Source: the human T2T-CHM13v2.0 reference genome, Homo sapiens
Direction: 5' to 3' (one strand)
Assembly: GCF_009914755.1 (NCBI RefSeq)
Contig: NC_060929.1
Length of the DNA: 64,000 bases
Under the pieces are notes generated by a model. It did no database searches and was not told the origin of the DNA. It saw only the letters and a program-made list of their open reading frames with translations. Both the position numbers and the translations under genes were made by a program. Shown piece after piece: positions 42,750 through 57,447 of the stretch (positions are counted from its first letter, which is position 1; each line of letters begins with the position of its first letter).

Positions 42750-43669
42750 GATGAAATCATAGAAATGCAAATTAACACCATAATAAGATGCAATTTCATA
42801 ATTAGCAGATTGACAATAATTTAAAAGTCCAAGAACACAAAGTGCTGGTTGGGTCACAGAGCAACAGGAACTCTTACATACCACTAGCAGGAATATAAAG
42901 AGATACGAGCACTGTGGAAGCAGTTAGGCAGCATTTCCTAAATTGAACATGCATCCTACAACCTAGTAATTCCACTCCTAGAAAAATCCCTACAGGACAC
43001 CAGGACACATGCCTAACATTTTTTATAATAGCCAAGAAGTAGACACAGCCCAATTGTCATTACATGGAGGGAATAGATCTAAATATTCATCAAGAAGAGA
43101 ATGGACAGATAAATTGCAGTACTTTACATGACAGGGTATCTTATGACTGAGAAAATGAGTGAAGATATCAACATGAATGAATTTTAGAAACCATTCTTAC
43201 AAAGTTTAAAAATGAAAAACTAAATAATATGTTATTTAGGACCCAATTATTTGTAGTAAAACTTGAAATAAAAGGAATAAATTATAAACAAAATTTAGAG
43301 TAGCAATTACTTCTTGGGAGAGGCAGATAAATGGTATGGGGAAGAAGTCTCAGGGGACTCAAAAACATTAGTAATGCCCCCTGTCTTGAGTTGTTTTGTG
43401 CATCACAGATGGATTTTTTTGTTATTATTCTTCATTGCTTCCACAGGATGAAGATATACATATAATATATAATTAATATGTTATTATGTATGTCAATTGT
43501 AAAGTATATAACTGTATGTAATATATGACATAATTAATACTAATACACAATATGTTAATTTATATAGTATACACTAATTATATACAGTATATTAGTATTA
43601 ATTATGTAGTATATTATATAGTCACCCTGAGTGGTGGGGTTCTACATTGTAATTTTCTACATTTCCCAT

Positions 43670-43972
43670 GAGCCGGGCATGGTGGCTCACACTTGTAATC
43701 CTAGCACTTTGGGAGGCTGAAGTGGCCAGATCACTTGAGGTCAGGAGTTTGAGACCAGCATGGCCAACATGGCAAAACCCCAACTCTACTAAAAATACAA
43801 AAAATTAGCTGGGCATGGTGATGCACACCTGTAATCCCAGCTACTCAGGAGGCCGAAGCAGCAGAATTGCTTGAACCTGGGAGGCAAAGTTGCAGTGAGC
43901 CGAGATCGAGCCACTGCACTCCAGCCTGCATGACAGAGCACAACTCTGTCTCAAAATAATAATAATAATAAA
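43670..43972 (+). mobile_element. AluS
   Basis: Alu dimer, (AAT)n tail. Confidence 0.92.
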
Positions 43973-44209
43973 ATTATTACCTACGTTTCCCTAATTGCTT
44001 TAATATTAATGCAGTACTTTCATGATCAAAAGATGGTGATTTTTTATAATGTCTAGAATGTTTGCACAGTTTTTTGAAATTTGATCTGAACCTTCTGTCT
44101 AGTTTCGTGCTGTGGGAGGGCTAATCTCTAAAGATATGACATTGCTATCTAGTTGACAAGTAGGTGTCAAAACGCTAATGCACAAATTTCAACTATGCCA
44201 ACATTGCTT

Positions 44210-44518
44210 TTATTTATTTATTTATTTAATTTCTTTAGTCAGAGTCTCGCTCTGTGGCCCAGGCTGGAGTGCAGCGGCACAATCTCAGCTCACCGCAACC
44301 TCCACCTCCTGTGTTCAAGCGATTCCCCCTGCCTCAGCCTCCCGAATAGCTGGGATTACAGGCATGTGCCACCATGCCCGGCTAATTTTTGTATTTTTGG
44401 TAGAGACAGGGTTTCACCATGTTGTCCTGGCTGCTCCCGAACTCCTGACCTCATGTGATCCACCTGCTTCGGCCTCCCAAAGTGCTGGGATTACAGGCAT
44501 GAGCTACCATGCCCAGCC
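44210..44518 (-). mobile_element. AluS
   Basis: TSD-like aacattgc(t/c)ttta. Confidence 0.92.
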
Positions 44519-45584
44519 ACTAACATTGCCTTTAAACATTCAGTATTCCTTAGTCAGTATTACTTCCTTCCTATCTTTTGAAGATATACTTCCCATGTTT
44601 ATCCTTAACATTTCCCACGTCTCTAAGGGTCCCTTGAACTCTGAAATTCAGTAACTCAGAAGTCTTGAATGAAAACTAAGATTCTTTTTTCCCCCCAGCC
44701 CTTTAGCAACATCTAGTGGGTATTTAGAGACAGGACAAGACAAACTTTTTCCTACATAAGGATCAACCATATAGATGGCAAATTTGACTTAGCAAAAAAA
44801 AAGCCATAAGTCTTCAAACAAAATCTCTCCTGTGATTAATTTGTTACATGCATGGGTGTGTATGTAGACACTTAAGATAAAGTACAGCCAGCATTTCCTC
44901 ATTTAGCCTGCTATAAACATAGACAAGAGTTGTTACTACATTACATAATGGGCATTATCACGAAGAACCTCAGGAAAGATCTGAAGCAAGAGTACCAGCA
45001 CAGTGTGAAAACCTCCAAAAGCAAAAAGGAAGAATTTGCGTAGAATGGCATCTTTCAGAAACAGAAGTCTCTAGGCATAGAAGCAGAGAGTAACAGAGGA
45101 GAGAGAGCAGGAGTGGTGGGCTAGGGAGGGAGCAAAAGAAGAAAAGAATAAAGCAAAATCATTGGGACAGATAGATTTATAGAATCCAGAGTTCTTATCC
45201 TAAGATAACTGCAGCTCAGTCATTGCTCGCCTAACCAAAAGTAGGTTTCCCTTCATCATTCAAGCCTGCTCCCCCAAAGATCTTTGCCATCTTTCCCTTT
45301 GACTTGCTGCATTACCTATCTCATCTCACTTTCACTGGAGGTTCTGATCCTAGGTAGATGATGGCTGATAGCTGATGACTGAGAGAAAGAAGCTCCTAAC
45401 TTCTGTCTGTAGAAGTAGATAAAGAAACTATGACTGCAACCTCTCTTATTCCCACCAAAACTTGAGTCCTAACAAAAGCAGCCCTTTTCCTAGAAAGCTG
45501 GTAACACATTCCTAAAATTAGTTAGCATTCTGACCTTTACAACATAGGTGGAGACTCTCTCAACATTATCCAGTTATAAGAAGG

Positions 45585-45770
45585 GGATGGCCTGAGAGTC
45601 AGGCATCCTGGGCTCTTTAGCCTCATTACTTTTTAACCCTATTAGCATAGACACTTTAATCTCTCTGTGCCTCAATTTCTCTATCTACAAATTAGATATG
45701 ATTAATCATTTCCTTGCAATTTTCATGGGCAGTTCTCCATGATCAATTAACATTTATGAAAATGTTTTCC
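45585..45770 (+). mobile_element. MIR fragment
   Basis: Core ctctctgtgcctcaatttctctatctacaaa. Confidence 0.7.
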
Positions 45771-45999
45771 CCATAGAAGAAAATCCAGGAAACCTAGGTA
45801 ATAGTATTAGCATTCCCATGCACACCTATGAAACAAATACCTGTTTATGGCTATCAACATGTGGTGCTGGGCTGAGATCCACACAAGTTAGGTAAACCCA
45901 GTCTTGCAATCTAGGACTATGTTGTTCCAATTTGGCTTATGACAGGAGAACATAGAACATTACTGAGGAATTTTTGAGGCAGTATGTTGGGGAGTCAGC

Positions 46000-47335
46000 A
46001 AATGTGAGTTAGGGGAAGGGAGGACTTGTCCTATCAGATATTAAAATATATTTTAAAGCTCTGTTGGTTAAAATATCATGATATACTGGATCAGTGGTAG
46101 ACAGATAGCTCACTGAAAGGTAATGGGGACCCCGTAAACAGATCTATGCATGTATGAAAATGCTTGGCAATGTAGATCAATAGGGAAAGTAGGAAATATT
46201 TAAGACACAATGTTGGAACCATTAGTTATTTGTGTATGAAAAATTGATTCTGGATCCATACCTCAAACTGACACAAACTCAATTCCAGATGGGTCAATGA
46301 AAAAGCCAAATTTTTAAAAATTTGGAAGAAAATACAAAATATCTTTATATAATCGCAAGATAGAGAAGGTTCATAAACAAGACACAAAAAACAAAATTCA
46401 TGAAGAAATGATTGATAAACTTTGCTCCATAGAAATTAAGAATTGTGTTATTTGTTATTGTTGTTGTTGTTTGAGATGGAGTCTCTCTCTGTCACCTAGG
46501 CTGGAGTGCAATGGCATGATCTCACTGCAGCCTGTGTCCACTGAGTTCCAGCAATTCTCGTGCCTCAGCCTCCCAAGTAGCTGGGATTACAGGCGTGTGC
46601 CACCACACCCAGCTAATTTTTGTATTTTTAGTAGAGACAGGGTTTTGCCATGTTGACCAGGCTGGTTTCAAACTCCTGACCTCAAGTGATCCGCCCACCT
46701 CCGTCTCCCAAATTTCTGGGATTACAGGAGTGAGCCACCACGCCCAGCAAGAATTGTGTTCTTTGAAAAGGCAAGGAGAGAGTAAAAAGGGCAATGCATA
46801 AACCGGCAGAAAATATTGCAGGACATATGACCAGGAAATTAATATTTAGGTTATATAAAGAACTCTTCTAAATCAGTAAGAAATCAAACAATCCAATAAA
46901 AAAATGGGCAAAGATTATGAACAGGCATTTCTCACAAGAGGAAGTATGAATAGTGGGTAAATACACGAGAGGGTGTTCAACTTTATTTTCAATGAGTAAA
47001 ATGTAAATTGAAATTAAAAGTAACATCATTCCACATTTACATATACCTAGATATATTCCCTTGGAAGCTTTTACACAGGCACATTAGGAGACAAGTTCAG
47101 TATATTCACCAGAGCCTTTTTTATTAAAAAAAAAGTGGAAAAAAGTGTATTAACAGAAGAATAAATAATAAATTGTGATATGTTAATATAATACAACAGC
47201 TAAAATAAATGAACTACAGTTGTATCAATATAAGTGACTTGAAAACATAAAGTTCAGCCAAAAGGAAGGTATGGAAGAACATACCCATTTATATAACCTT
47301 CAGAAAAAAAAAAGACAGAGCTACTCAAAATATAT
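46000..47335 (+). mobile_element. Ancient L1M ORF2/3' fragments containing a minus-strand Alu (46450-46748)
   Basis: L1 phrases (aaaaaatgggcaaag..tgaacaggcattt); Alu TSD aagaattgtgtt. Confidence 0.75.
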
Positions 47336-47341
47336 TGCCTA

Positions 47342-47776
<435 letters not shown>

Positions 47777-48185
47777 TCATTGGCAACATTTGCAACACAG
47801 CCAGGTGACAAGGTCTCTCTACAAACCTCAAAACACAAGTTGGTGAAGATAGGCACAACCACAGACCTGTCTGGTCTCAGGGTGTATGTAGGGGGAAAAA
47901 GAGGAAAACAATGGAATTTCTAGTAGCCCTGAGAACAGGAAAGCTATAAAATAGCCAAGAAATATTCACTGGACAGAATGGTGGGCCAATTTCAGAACAG
48001 CTGCTAAACTAAGATGAGTATTGTCCAATTCAATAAAAGTTAAATATAAAGGTCCTTGGTAAAGTCTGATAAAAGCTCAAGTAGTCTGGGTCACATGAAC
48101 TTGTAAAGACATCAAGCAAAACTGCCTTACAAGACAAAGTTCCATATGGTGGAGCAACTGCTGAAAATAGAAAAGAATAGAAATG

Positions 48186-51055
48186 GCCCTCTCCCTCTCC
48201 CTCTCCCCAAGGTCTCCCTCTCCCCACGGTCTCCGTCTCCGTCTCCGTCTCCCTCTCCGTCTCCCTCTCCCTCTCCCTCTCCCTCTCCCCACGGTCTCCC
48301 TCTCCCCCTCCCCACGGTCTCCCTCTCCCCACGGTCTCCCTCTCCCCACGGTCTCCCTCTCCCCCTCCCCACGGTCTCCCTCTCCCCACGGTCTCCCTCT
48401 CCCCACGGTCTCCCTCTCCCTCTCCCTCTCTTTCCACGGTCTCCCTCTGATGCCAAGCCGAAGCTGGACTGTACTGCTGCCATCTCCGCTCACTGCAACC
48501 TCCCTGCCTGAATCTCCTGCCTCAGCCTGCCGAGTGCCTGCGATTGCAGGCGCGTGCCGCCACGCCTGACTGGTTTTCGTATTTTTTTGGTGGAGACGGG
48601 GTTTCACCGTGTTGGCCGGGCTGGTCCCCAGCTCCTAACCGCGAGCGATCCACCAGCCTCGGCCTTCCGAGGTGCCGGGATTGCAGACGGTGTCTGGTTC
48701 ACTCAGTGCTCAATGGTGCCCAGGTTGGAGTGCAGTGGCGTGATCTCGGCTGGCTACAACCTCCACCTCCCAGCCGCCTGCCTTGGCCTCCCAAAGTGCC
48801 CAGAGTGCAGCCTCTGCCCGGCCGCCACCCCGTCTAGGAAGTGAGGAGCGTCTCTGCCTGGCCGCCCATCGTCTGGGATGTGAGGAGCCCCTCTGCCTGG
48901 CTGCCCAGTCTGGAAAGTGAGGAGAGTCTCTGCCCAGCCACCATCCCATCTAGGAAGTGAGGAGCGCCTCTTCCCGGCCGCCATCCCATCTAGGAAGTGA
49001 GGAGCATCTCTGCCCGGCCGCCCATCGTCTGAGATGTGGGGAGCGCCTTTGCCCCGCCGCCCCGTCTGGGATGTGAGGAGCGCCTCTGCCCGGCCGTGAC
49101 CTCGTCTGGGAGGTGAGGAGCGTCTCTGCCCAGCCGCCCCATCTGAGAAGGGAGGAGACCCTCTGCCCGGCAACCGCCCCGTCTGAGAAGTGAGGAGCCC
49201 CTCCGCCCGGCAGCTGCCCCGTCTGAGAAGTGAGGAGCCCCTCCGCCCGGCAGCCACCCCGTCTGGGAAGTGAGGACCGTCTCCGCCCGGCAGCCGCCCC
49301 GTCCGGAAGGGAGGTGGGGGTCAGCCCCCGCCAGGCCAGCCGCCCCGTCCGGGAGGGAGGTGGGGGGGTCAGCCCCCCGCCCGGCCAGCCGCCTCGTCCG
49401 GGAGGGAGGTGGGGGGGTCAGCCCCCCGCCCGGCCAGCCGCCTCGTCCGGGAGGGAGGTGGGGGGTCAGCCCCCCGCCCGGCCAGCCGCCCCGTCCGGGA
49501 GGGAGGTGGGGGGTCAGCCCTCCGCCCGGCCAGCCGCCCCATCCGGGAGGTGAGGGGCGCCTCTGCCCGGCCGCCCCTACTGGGAAGTGAGGAGCCCCTC
49601 TGCCTGGCCAGCCGCCCCATCTGGGAGGGAGGTGGGGGGGTCAGCCCCCCGCCCGGCCAGCATCCCCGTCCGGGAGAGAGGTTGGGGGGTCAGCCCCCTG
49701 CCCGGCCAGCCGCCTCGTCTGGGAGGTGAGGGGCGCCTCTGCCCGGCCGCCCCTACTGGGAAGTGAGGAGCCCCTCTGCCCGGCCAGCCGCCCCGTCTGG
49801 GAGGGAGGTGGTGGGGTCAGCCCCCCGCCCGGCCAGCCGCCTCGTCCGGGAGGGAGGTGGGGGGGTCAGCCCCCCGCCTGGCCAGCCGCCTCGTCCGGGA
49901 GGTGAGGGGCGCCTCTGCCTGGCCGCCCCTGCCTGGCCGCCCCTACTGGGAAGTGAGGAGCCCCTCTGCCCGGCCAGCCGCCCCGTCCGGGAGGGAGGTA
50001 GGGGGGGCCAGCCCCCCGCCCGGCCAGCCGCCCGTCCGGGAGGTGAGGGGCGCCTCTGCCCGGCCGCCCCTACTGGGAAGTGAGGAGCCCCTCTGCCCGG
50101 CCAGCCGCCCCATCCGGGAGGGAGGTGGGGGGTCAGCCCCCCGCCCAGCCAGCCGCCCCGTCCGGGAGGGAGGTGGGGGGGTCAGCCCCCCGCCCGGCCA
50201 GCCGCCTCGTCCGGGAGGTGAGGGGCGCCTCTGCCCGGCCGCCCCTACTGGGAAGTGAGGAGCCCCTCTGCCCGGCCAGCCACCCTGTCCGGGAGGGAGG
50301 TGGGGTGGTCAGCCCCCCACCCGGCCAGCCGCCCCATCCGGGAGGGAGGTGGGGGGGTCAGCCCCCCGCCCGGCCAGCCGCCCCGTCCTGGAGGGAGGTG
50401 GGGGGGTCAGCCCCTCGCCCGGCCAGCCGCCCCGTCCCGGAGGTGAGGGGCGCCTCTGCCCGGCCGCCCCTACTGGGAAGTGAGGAGCCCCTCTGCCCGG
50501 CCACCACCCCGTCTGGGAGGTGTGCCCAACAGCTCACTGAGAACGGGCCATGATGACAATGGTGGTTTTGTGGAATAGAAAGCGGGGAAAGGTGGGGAAA
50601 AGATTGAGAAATCGGATGGTTGCCGTGTCTGTGTGGAAAGAAGTAGACATGGGAGACTTTTCATTTTGTTCTGTACTAAGAAAAATTCTTCTGCCTTGGG
50701 ATCCTGTTGATCTGTGACCTTACCCCCCAACCCTGTGCTCTGTGAAACATGTGCTGTGTCCACTCAGGGTTAAATGGATTAAGGGCGGTGCAAGATGTGC
50801 TTTGTTAAACAGATGCTTGAAGGCAGCATGCTCGTTAAGAGTCATCACCACTCCCTAATCTCAAGTACCCAGGGACACAAACACTGCGGTAGGCCGCAGG
50901 GTCCTCTGCCTAGGAAAACCAGAGACCTTTGTTCACTTGTTTATCTGCTGACCTTCCCTCCACTATTGTCCTATGACCCTACCAAATCCCCCTCTGTGAG
51001 AAACACCCAAGAATGATCAATAAAAATAAAAATGAAAATTAAAAAAAGAAAAAGG
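48186..51055 (+). mobile_element. Full-length SVA retrotransposon (C/D-like; subfamily not resolved)
   Basis: CCCTCT hexamer head 48186-48430, Alu-like ~48430-48810, GC-rich VNTR ~48810-50520, SINE-R to AATAAA 51019; TSD AAAGAATAGAAATG at 48172-48185 and 51056-51069. Confidence 0.97.
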
Positions 51056-51236
51056 AAAGAATAGAAATGCAGAATGCATCTAATAATATAAAAATGCTGT
51101 TTGAGAAAGCTTATTGCTTCAGTTTTTATGTGTGTGTATTACTAAAATATAAAGTATACTTTCTTACAGTTGGTCGTGAGCAAAAGTTTGAAACCATACT
51201 GCAATGGCTTTCCAAAGTCATCATCTTCTTCATCTT

Positions 51237-51872
51237 GTTTTTTTGAGACAGGGTCTTGCTCTTTTGCCCAGGCTGGGGTGCAATGGTGTGAACATGGCTC
51301 ACTGCAGCCTCAACCTCCTGGGCTCAAGTGATCCTCCTGCCCCAGCCTCCCATGTAGTTGAGACCACAGGCACTCACCACCACACTGGCTGACTTTTTCA
51401 TTTTTTGTAGAGATGGGATCTAACTCTGTTGCCTTGATCTCTCTTTGTTGCCTTGGCTGGTCTCAAACTCCTGGACTCAAGCAATCCTCCTGTCTCAGCC
51501 TCCCAAAGTGTTGGGCTTACAGGTATGAGCCATGGTGCCAGGCCCCAAAGTCTTCTTTTTTGTTGTTGTTGTTTTTTGTTTGTTTGTTTTTTGAGACAGA
51601 ATCTTGCTCTGTCCCCCAAGTTGGAGTGCAGTGGCACGATCTCAGCCCACCTGCACCCTCCACTTCCCAGGTTTAAGTGATTCTCTTGCCTCAGCCTCCC
51701 GAGTAGCTGGGACTACAGGCACCTGCCACCACGCCTGACTAATTTTTATATTTTTAGTAGAGGCGGGGTTTCACCATGTTGGCCAGGCTGGTCTCGAACC
51801 CCTGACCTCAAATGATCCACCTACCTCAGACTCCTAAAATGTTGGGATTACAGGTATGAGCCACACCAGCCC
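51237..51872 (-). mobile_element. Two adjacent Alus (AluJ 51237-51544; AluS 51556-51871)
   Basis: Alu dimers; TSD cccaaagtcttct around the second. Confidence 0.9.
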
Positions 51873-51956
51873 CAAAGTCTTCTCAATTCCAATCTTTCTC
51901 ACTCTGCATTCAGAATTATGTTCCTAAAACTCTCATGTGGTCTTTTGCTTATCTCC

Positions 51957-52352
51957 TGTCATGGTCTGAGTGTGTCCCCAGAGTGTTCATGCATTGGAAA
52001 CTTAATTCTTCAATGTGGCAGTGTTGGAAGTTGTAGCCTCATGGGAGGTGTTTGAGGGTTCCGCTCTCATAAAGGGATTCATGAAGTTCTCACAGGACAG
52101 GGTTAGGTCTTAAGAGTGAGTTTTCATAAAGCAGGTCACATTGCCTGCTTTGACTCTCCTCTTTCCCATATGCTTGCCTGCTCTTCTGCTTTTCTACCAT
52201 GTTATGATGCAGTATGAAAGCCCTTGCCAGAAGCTGCTGCCATGCCCTTGGACTTCTCAGCCTCCAGAATTGCAAACCAAATTAACTTCTCTTCTTTATA
52301 AATTACCTGGTCTCAGCCATTCTGTTATAAAGACAGAAAATGAACTAAGCCA
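51957..52352 (+). mobile_element. MaLR solo LTR (MST-like)
   Basis: tgtcatggtctgagtgtgtcccc ... gaaaatgaactaagcca. Confidence 0.8.
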
Positions 52353-52399
52353 TCTACCTACAGATTTGCATGCCACTATTTCTCTAAGTGAGATCCTAC

Positions 52400-52552
52400 G
52401 CACAAAAATCACTGGGGACGCTCTGTTACAAATTCAAATAACTCAGGCCTCTTCCTAGACCTACTAAATCAACATCTGGGGTGTGATGCAGGAATCTACA
52501 TATTAAACAATTCTCCCCACATATTCTTGGGCACAACTAAAGTTAGAGAACA
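52400..52552. mobile_element. MER5-like hAT fragment
   Basis: agacctactaaatca..., aagttagagaaca. Confidence 0.6.
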
Positions 52553-54549
52553 TTTAAGTCCTGTTAACTTAAGCATGACCCAAATAGGCCCCTACCTCTA
52601 CTCACCAGGGATACAGACACCATTAGATACAGGACAAAGATTTTTCTGTAGGAGATGGTAGGGTAAAGATAGGAAGAATTGGGGTTTATTTGTTGGTCTT
52701 CTCAACCAAGTTTTGGGTACCACTGCTTTAAAATGGATCTTGGTCAAATTAAATACATCAGGAACTTTTTGGTTTGAGCAATAGATCCTGATGATAATGC
52801 AGATTCAGTTTCTATTTGTTCTGGCTTAAATCTACTCATAGACACCATAATATATATCCCTCTATTTAAGGAGAGGTGCTGTGACAATCAAGTGTCCGGA
52901 GTTTGAAAGAAATGGGAATTTAAGGAACCAATGCAGAAATGCCAAGTAGCTTTTTGATACATTAGCCAAGAAAAGATGTAGAAAATAGTGAACAATCCTG
53001 TCGTGAGACAAAGAGGGGTGAGAGACATTCCCTCTCCCCATCTTTCCATGTTAAGATTTCACACAAGTGAAGGTAATTTTGAGTCTTTGAGAGAGGGAGG
53101 TAGAGAGAAATGGTATTTTTCTTGAGTCCTTTCAGTGGGTTCCTGGTGCCTTCTATCAGTGCAGCTTGCATGACCCACCCCAGTTAAGGCACCAACTTTC
53201 GTATTTTGGTAAAGCACTTAAAAATGTATAATTAGTTCTGATATGTCAACTAACAAGAACTAATCACTCAGGAGAAATGCTCAACAATTTGAATTTTTAG
53301 CAAGCATTCCATAATGATTTTACCATCATGGAAAAATCATCATTTTATTAATTTTTATCATCAATTTAGGAGACTGTGGCCTAAAAATGGAAAAGCTGAT
53401 TAAGAGAATAAGCAATGTATATTTTTTAATTTCAACATTTTCCAGATCAAAATGAAGGCAGGTGTCCAAGTTGCCATTGCACCATAGATTTGTACAGTTT
53501 GTGTGAAGTTCACAGGTCAGATTTATTGCATGATAAAGGAAGTGGCAGTGATGTGCTTATTTGTACTTGTATGTTTATCTGGTGCCTGCTAATGGTGGAA
53601 CTCACCTTCTCCAAGTCACACCAGCTAGGAGCACAGCCAAGCAGGAGTCTTCCACTTAGCTCCTTCTGGCAAATTGTGTGAACGATACCCCCTCACCATC
53701 AGTTAAAATCCCTTTGAAATAATAAAGGAAGTCATTGGTATCCTTTGACACAGTGCCACAGACGGTGGCTTAACAACAGACATTTACTCTCCCCGAGTTC
53801 TGGAGGCACCAGAAGTCCAGAATCAGGGGTTGTGAGGACAATGCAGGCTCTGGGACTCTGGGCAGGACCTTCCTGGCATCTTCACACTTCTGGCGGCCGG
53901 CAATCCTTGCAAACCTCACTGTTCTCTTTATCTGTCTCTGCTGTTGGCTGAAGGATCCTAGGCCACTGTTTGACGTTGCCTGTCACTGCGTGGGCTCCAC
54001 GCTAGATTTCTGAGGCCTTCTCAGGCTCTTGGTGTTGACTGCATAGATCTCCCCCAACCACAGTTTGGCATATCCTCTGTCTTTGACAACCCCCAACTGT
54101 CACTTCACCCTTGTTATATTTCATAGATTTGAGAGTGGTATTGAAGGTAAAGTAGCACACTTTTTTTTTCTTCACCAGTTTTCTGCAAATGCTTAGAAAA
54201 AGTAAGGTCAGCACATTTCCTGCTGATGTGGAAATTGCTGATCAATCCAGCAGGCTCAATCTTTTCAGACGAAGCTCAGGTGCCCTAATCCCTTAGGTTG
54301 AAGATGAGTTATTTTCCAAGAACTTCAATTTCTCAAGGTCCTCTGCCCCACCACAGTAGGATTTGCTTGAACCTGCAAGATAAACACAGCTTATACTCAC
54401 ACTCTGGGGCTCCCACTGTGTGGAAAGTCTTGAAGAAGTTGAAGCAGAGGAGAGGTGTCATTTGTTGAAAGCTGTCAAACAGCCAGATTATATAAAATTA
54501 TGAAGATATTTAGCAGGAATATTCTAAGATACTGCTACAAACAACACTA

Positions 54550-54690
54550 TTTATTGACCACAAATATGCCAGTTGCTTTACATATACTCAACCTTACAAT
54601 AATCCTGCTAGGTAAATCATCTGATTTTACAGATGAGGAAAGAGGTTCAGAGAAGTTAAGCAGCTTGCCCCAAGTCATAGAAATAGAATT
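54550..54690 (-). mobile_element. MIR fragment
   Basis: ttttacagatgaggaaagaggttcagagaagttaag. Confidence 0.75.
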
Positions 54691-55783
54691 CCAAATACAG
54701 AATTCAAGAATTAAAAGAACTTTCCAGTCAGCACTGGAATACTGTAGCGCCCTTCCCCCTCAACCCCTCCACATTTACCCCACCCTCCAATCAACATATG
54801 AATGGAGGAAAAGGGAAGGGCAGAATTTATGCTTCTAATGGACAGCTTCCTTTCAAGAGGCAGAGGGTGTTGCTGAGCTGATCATGGCCAGTTTTTGCTT
54901 CCCAATCCTGCCAATCTATTAGGTCATCCCTTCTTTTGTGGAAAAGAGCAAAGGAGGGACAGAAAGAGTCGGGAGCATTATACTAGCAAAGCCATCTACA
55001 CGGGGAAGGACATATCAGGAATAAAGAAAAGTACTTATCTCACCTCCCCAACAGATCTATTTCATCTAATATATATGCACACAAGTTACATTCATATGCA
55101 AAAGCTTTTAAAATAATACTGTAAATATGTTAGAAGAAAATATAGAAAAAATTTTTATAAACTAATCATGGGAGAGGTTTCCTAGAGCATAAATAAAAAC
55201 AGAAGCCATAGAAGACTAATCCAAATTTCTGATTTTCTCCTTATAAGGAAATGGAAATCAGAATTTTACTGGGTATACCTTCTGGGATAATAATTATCCA
55301 ATTATTTATTTATTTGGATAGGCTGTTGGACATTGTGAAGAACTACAGTGAGAGAGAACTTTTTGAATGTTAAAAGAAATGTGGCTTTATGTTATACAGC
55401 AAATTAGATAAGCAGAGCCTTACAATTCTAGAAACGGTCTCATTATTGACATCCACAGATATGGTGGCAATAAAATAACACCTATAATGAAAGTATTTGT
55501 CACATCTAAATTATAATTACACTCATTTTTAGGCATCTTCATAATTAGGCATCAATGGGAGTAATTCACATAAGTTCTAGGGATCAATATTATTTTTGTG
55601 AGATGCAACCTGATATTTAGATTTCCTTTTCTTACTCCATCAGTTCATTATTATCTATAATCAGTAAAAATTTCTATCAGTTACCACTGACACATGACAA
55701 AAAGCATCATTAACAACTGCAATTCCCTGGGCTCCTCCCTACTCATTAATGGCCTCTTCTTTGTGCTCTTCCTCCACACCCAC

Positions 55784-56540
<757 letters not shown>

Positions 56541-57447
56541 AATATAATTGTAGTGGCGTCATCAGAGTAGCTACCAGCTGCCCTGCCTGCCTCACCTAAG
56601 ACATTGTTTGCAAAGCCATTTTGCTAATTTCCAAAGAGCTGTAATTCATATGAGAAGTGACAGTCTGTAGTTATAACAGGTGAATGTGCAATAATCTGTC
56701 TTGGAAAATTACAGGCAGGAATACAAATAGTCTAAGTAAGTGAAAACCCAGCTTAGAGTTAACACACCTGTGAATGAAGGAAAATTGTGCAACTCTAAAA
56801 ATATCCAGGGGCCCATATCATCTAGTATAAACCCAGAGTCACACATTTAAAAAGCCACTTAAGTACCCAAACATAATTAATAAGAGATTCCATTATTTGC
56901 TCCAGATGCTTGAAGAAAATTATAGGACCCAATGCATAATGCATATTGACTGTTAACTCTCTCCTCTCTGGAATTTCTTGCCTCGTGAGAAAGTTCAGAA
57001 CTTCCCACACACTTAATATCCAAACACTTTCTTCACGCTTAGCTCTGAATACATTTTATTTTCCCTCTTTCCATGGCACTACTGCTTTCTTTCCTTTATT
57101 ATTTAGATAGCATTAGCTTTTTTACCAACAAACAAGAATCCTTTTTTGTTTGTTTTGTTGAGAAAGAAGGTAAATAAGAGGAAGAAAACTAAAGAATAGT
57201 AGGTTCTCCTGAGCTGCATGTTAACAATAAAAATGTCAAAAAATTTTGTCTTTTGGAAGCAACATGGACACTGTCCTGCTTCCATCATGGAAAAGTGTGG
57301 ACAGAATGTTTTACATTCAGGGAAAGAGTTTGCACCCTAGGATAAACCAAAACAAACAACAACAAAAAAAAAATAGGAATACCCTGTCTGGTTCTTGAAA
57401 CCTTGAGCCATTCTGGTAAGTTACTGACTCACTACTAAAACCTTATT

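Noticed and set aside
48030-50553. Many overlapping Pro/Arg/Gly-rich ORFs; regularly spaced repeats superficially like a CRISPR array
   Set aside because: All arise from the SVA hexamer and VNTR; no unique spacers and no cas genes; eukaryotic context
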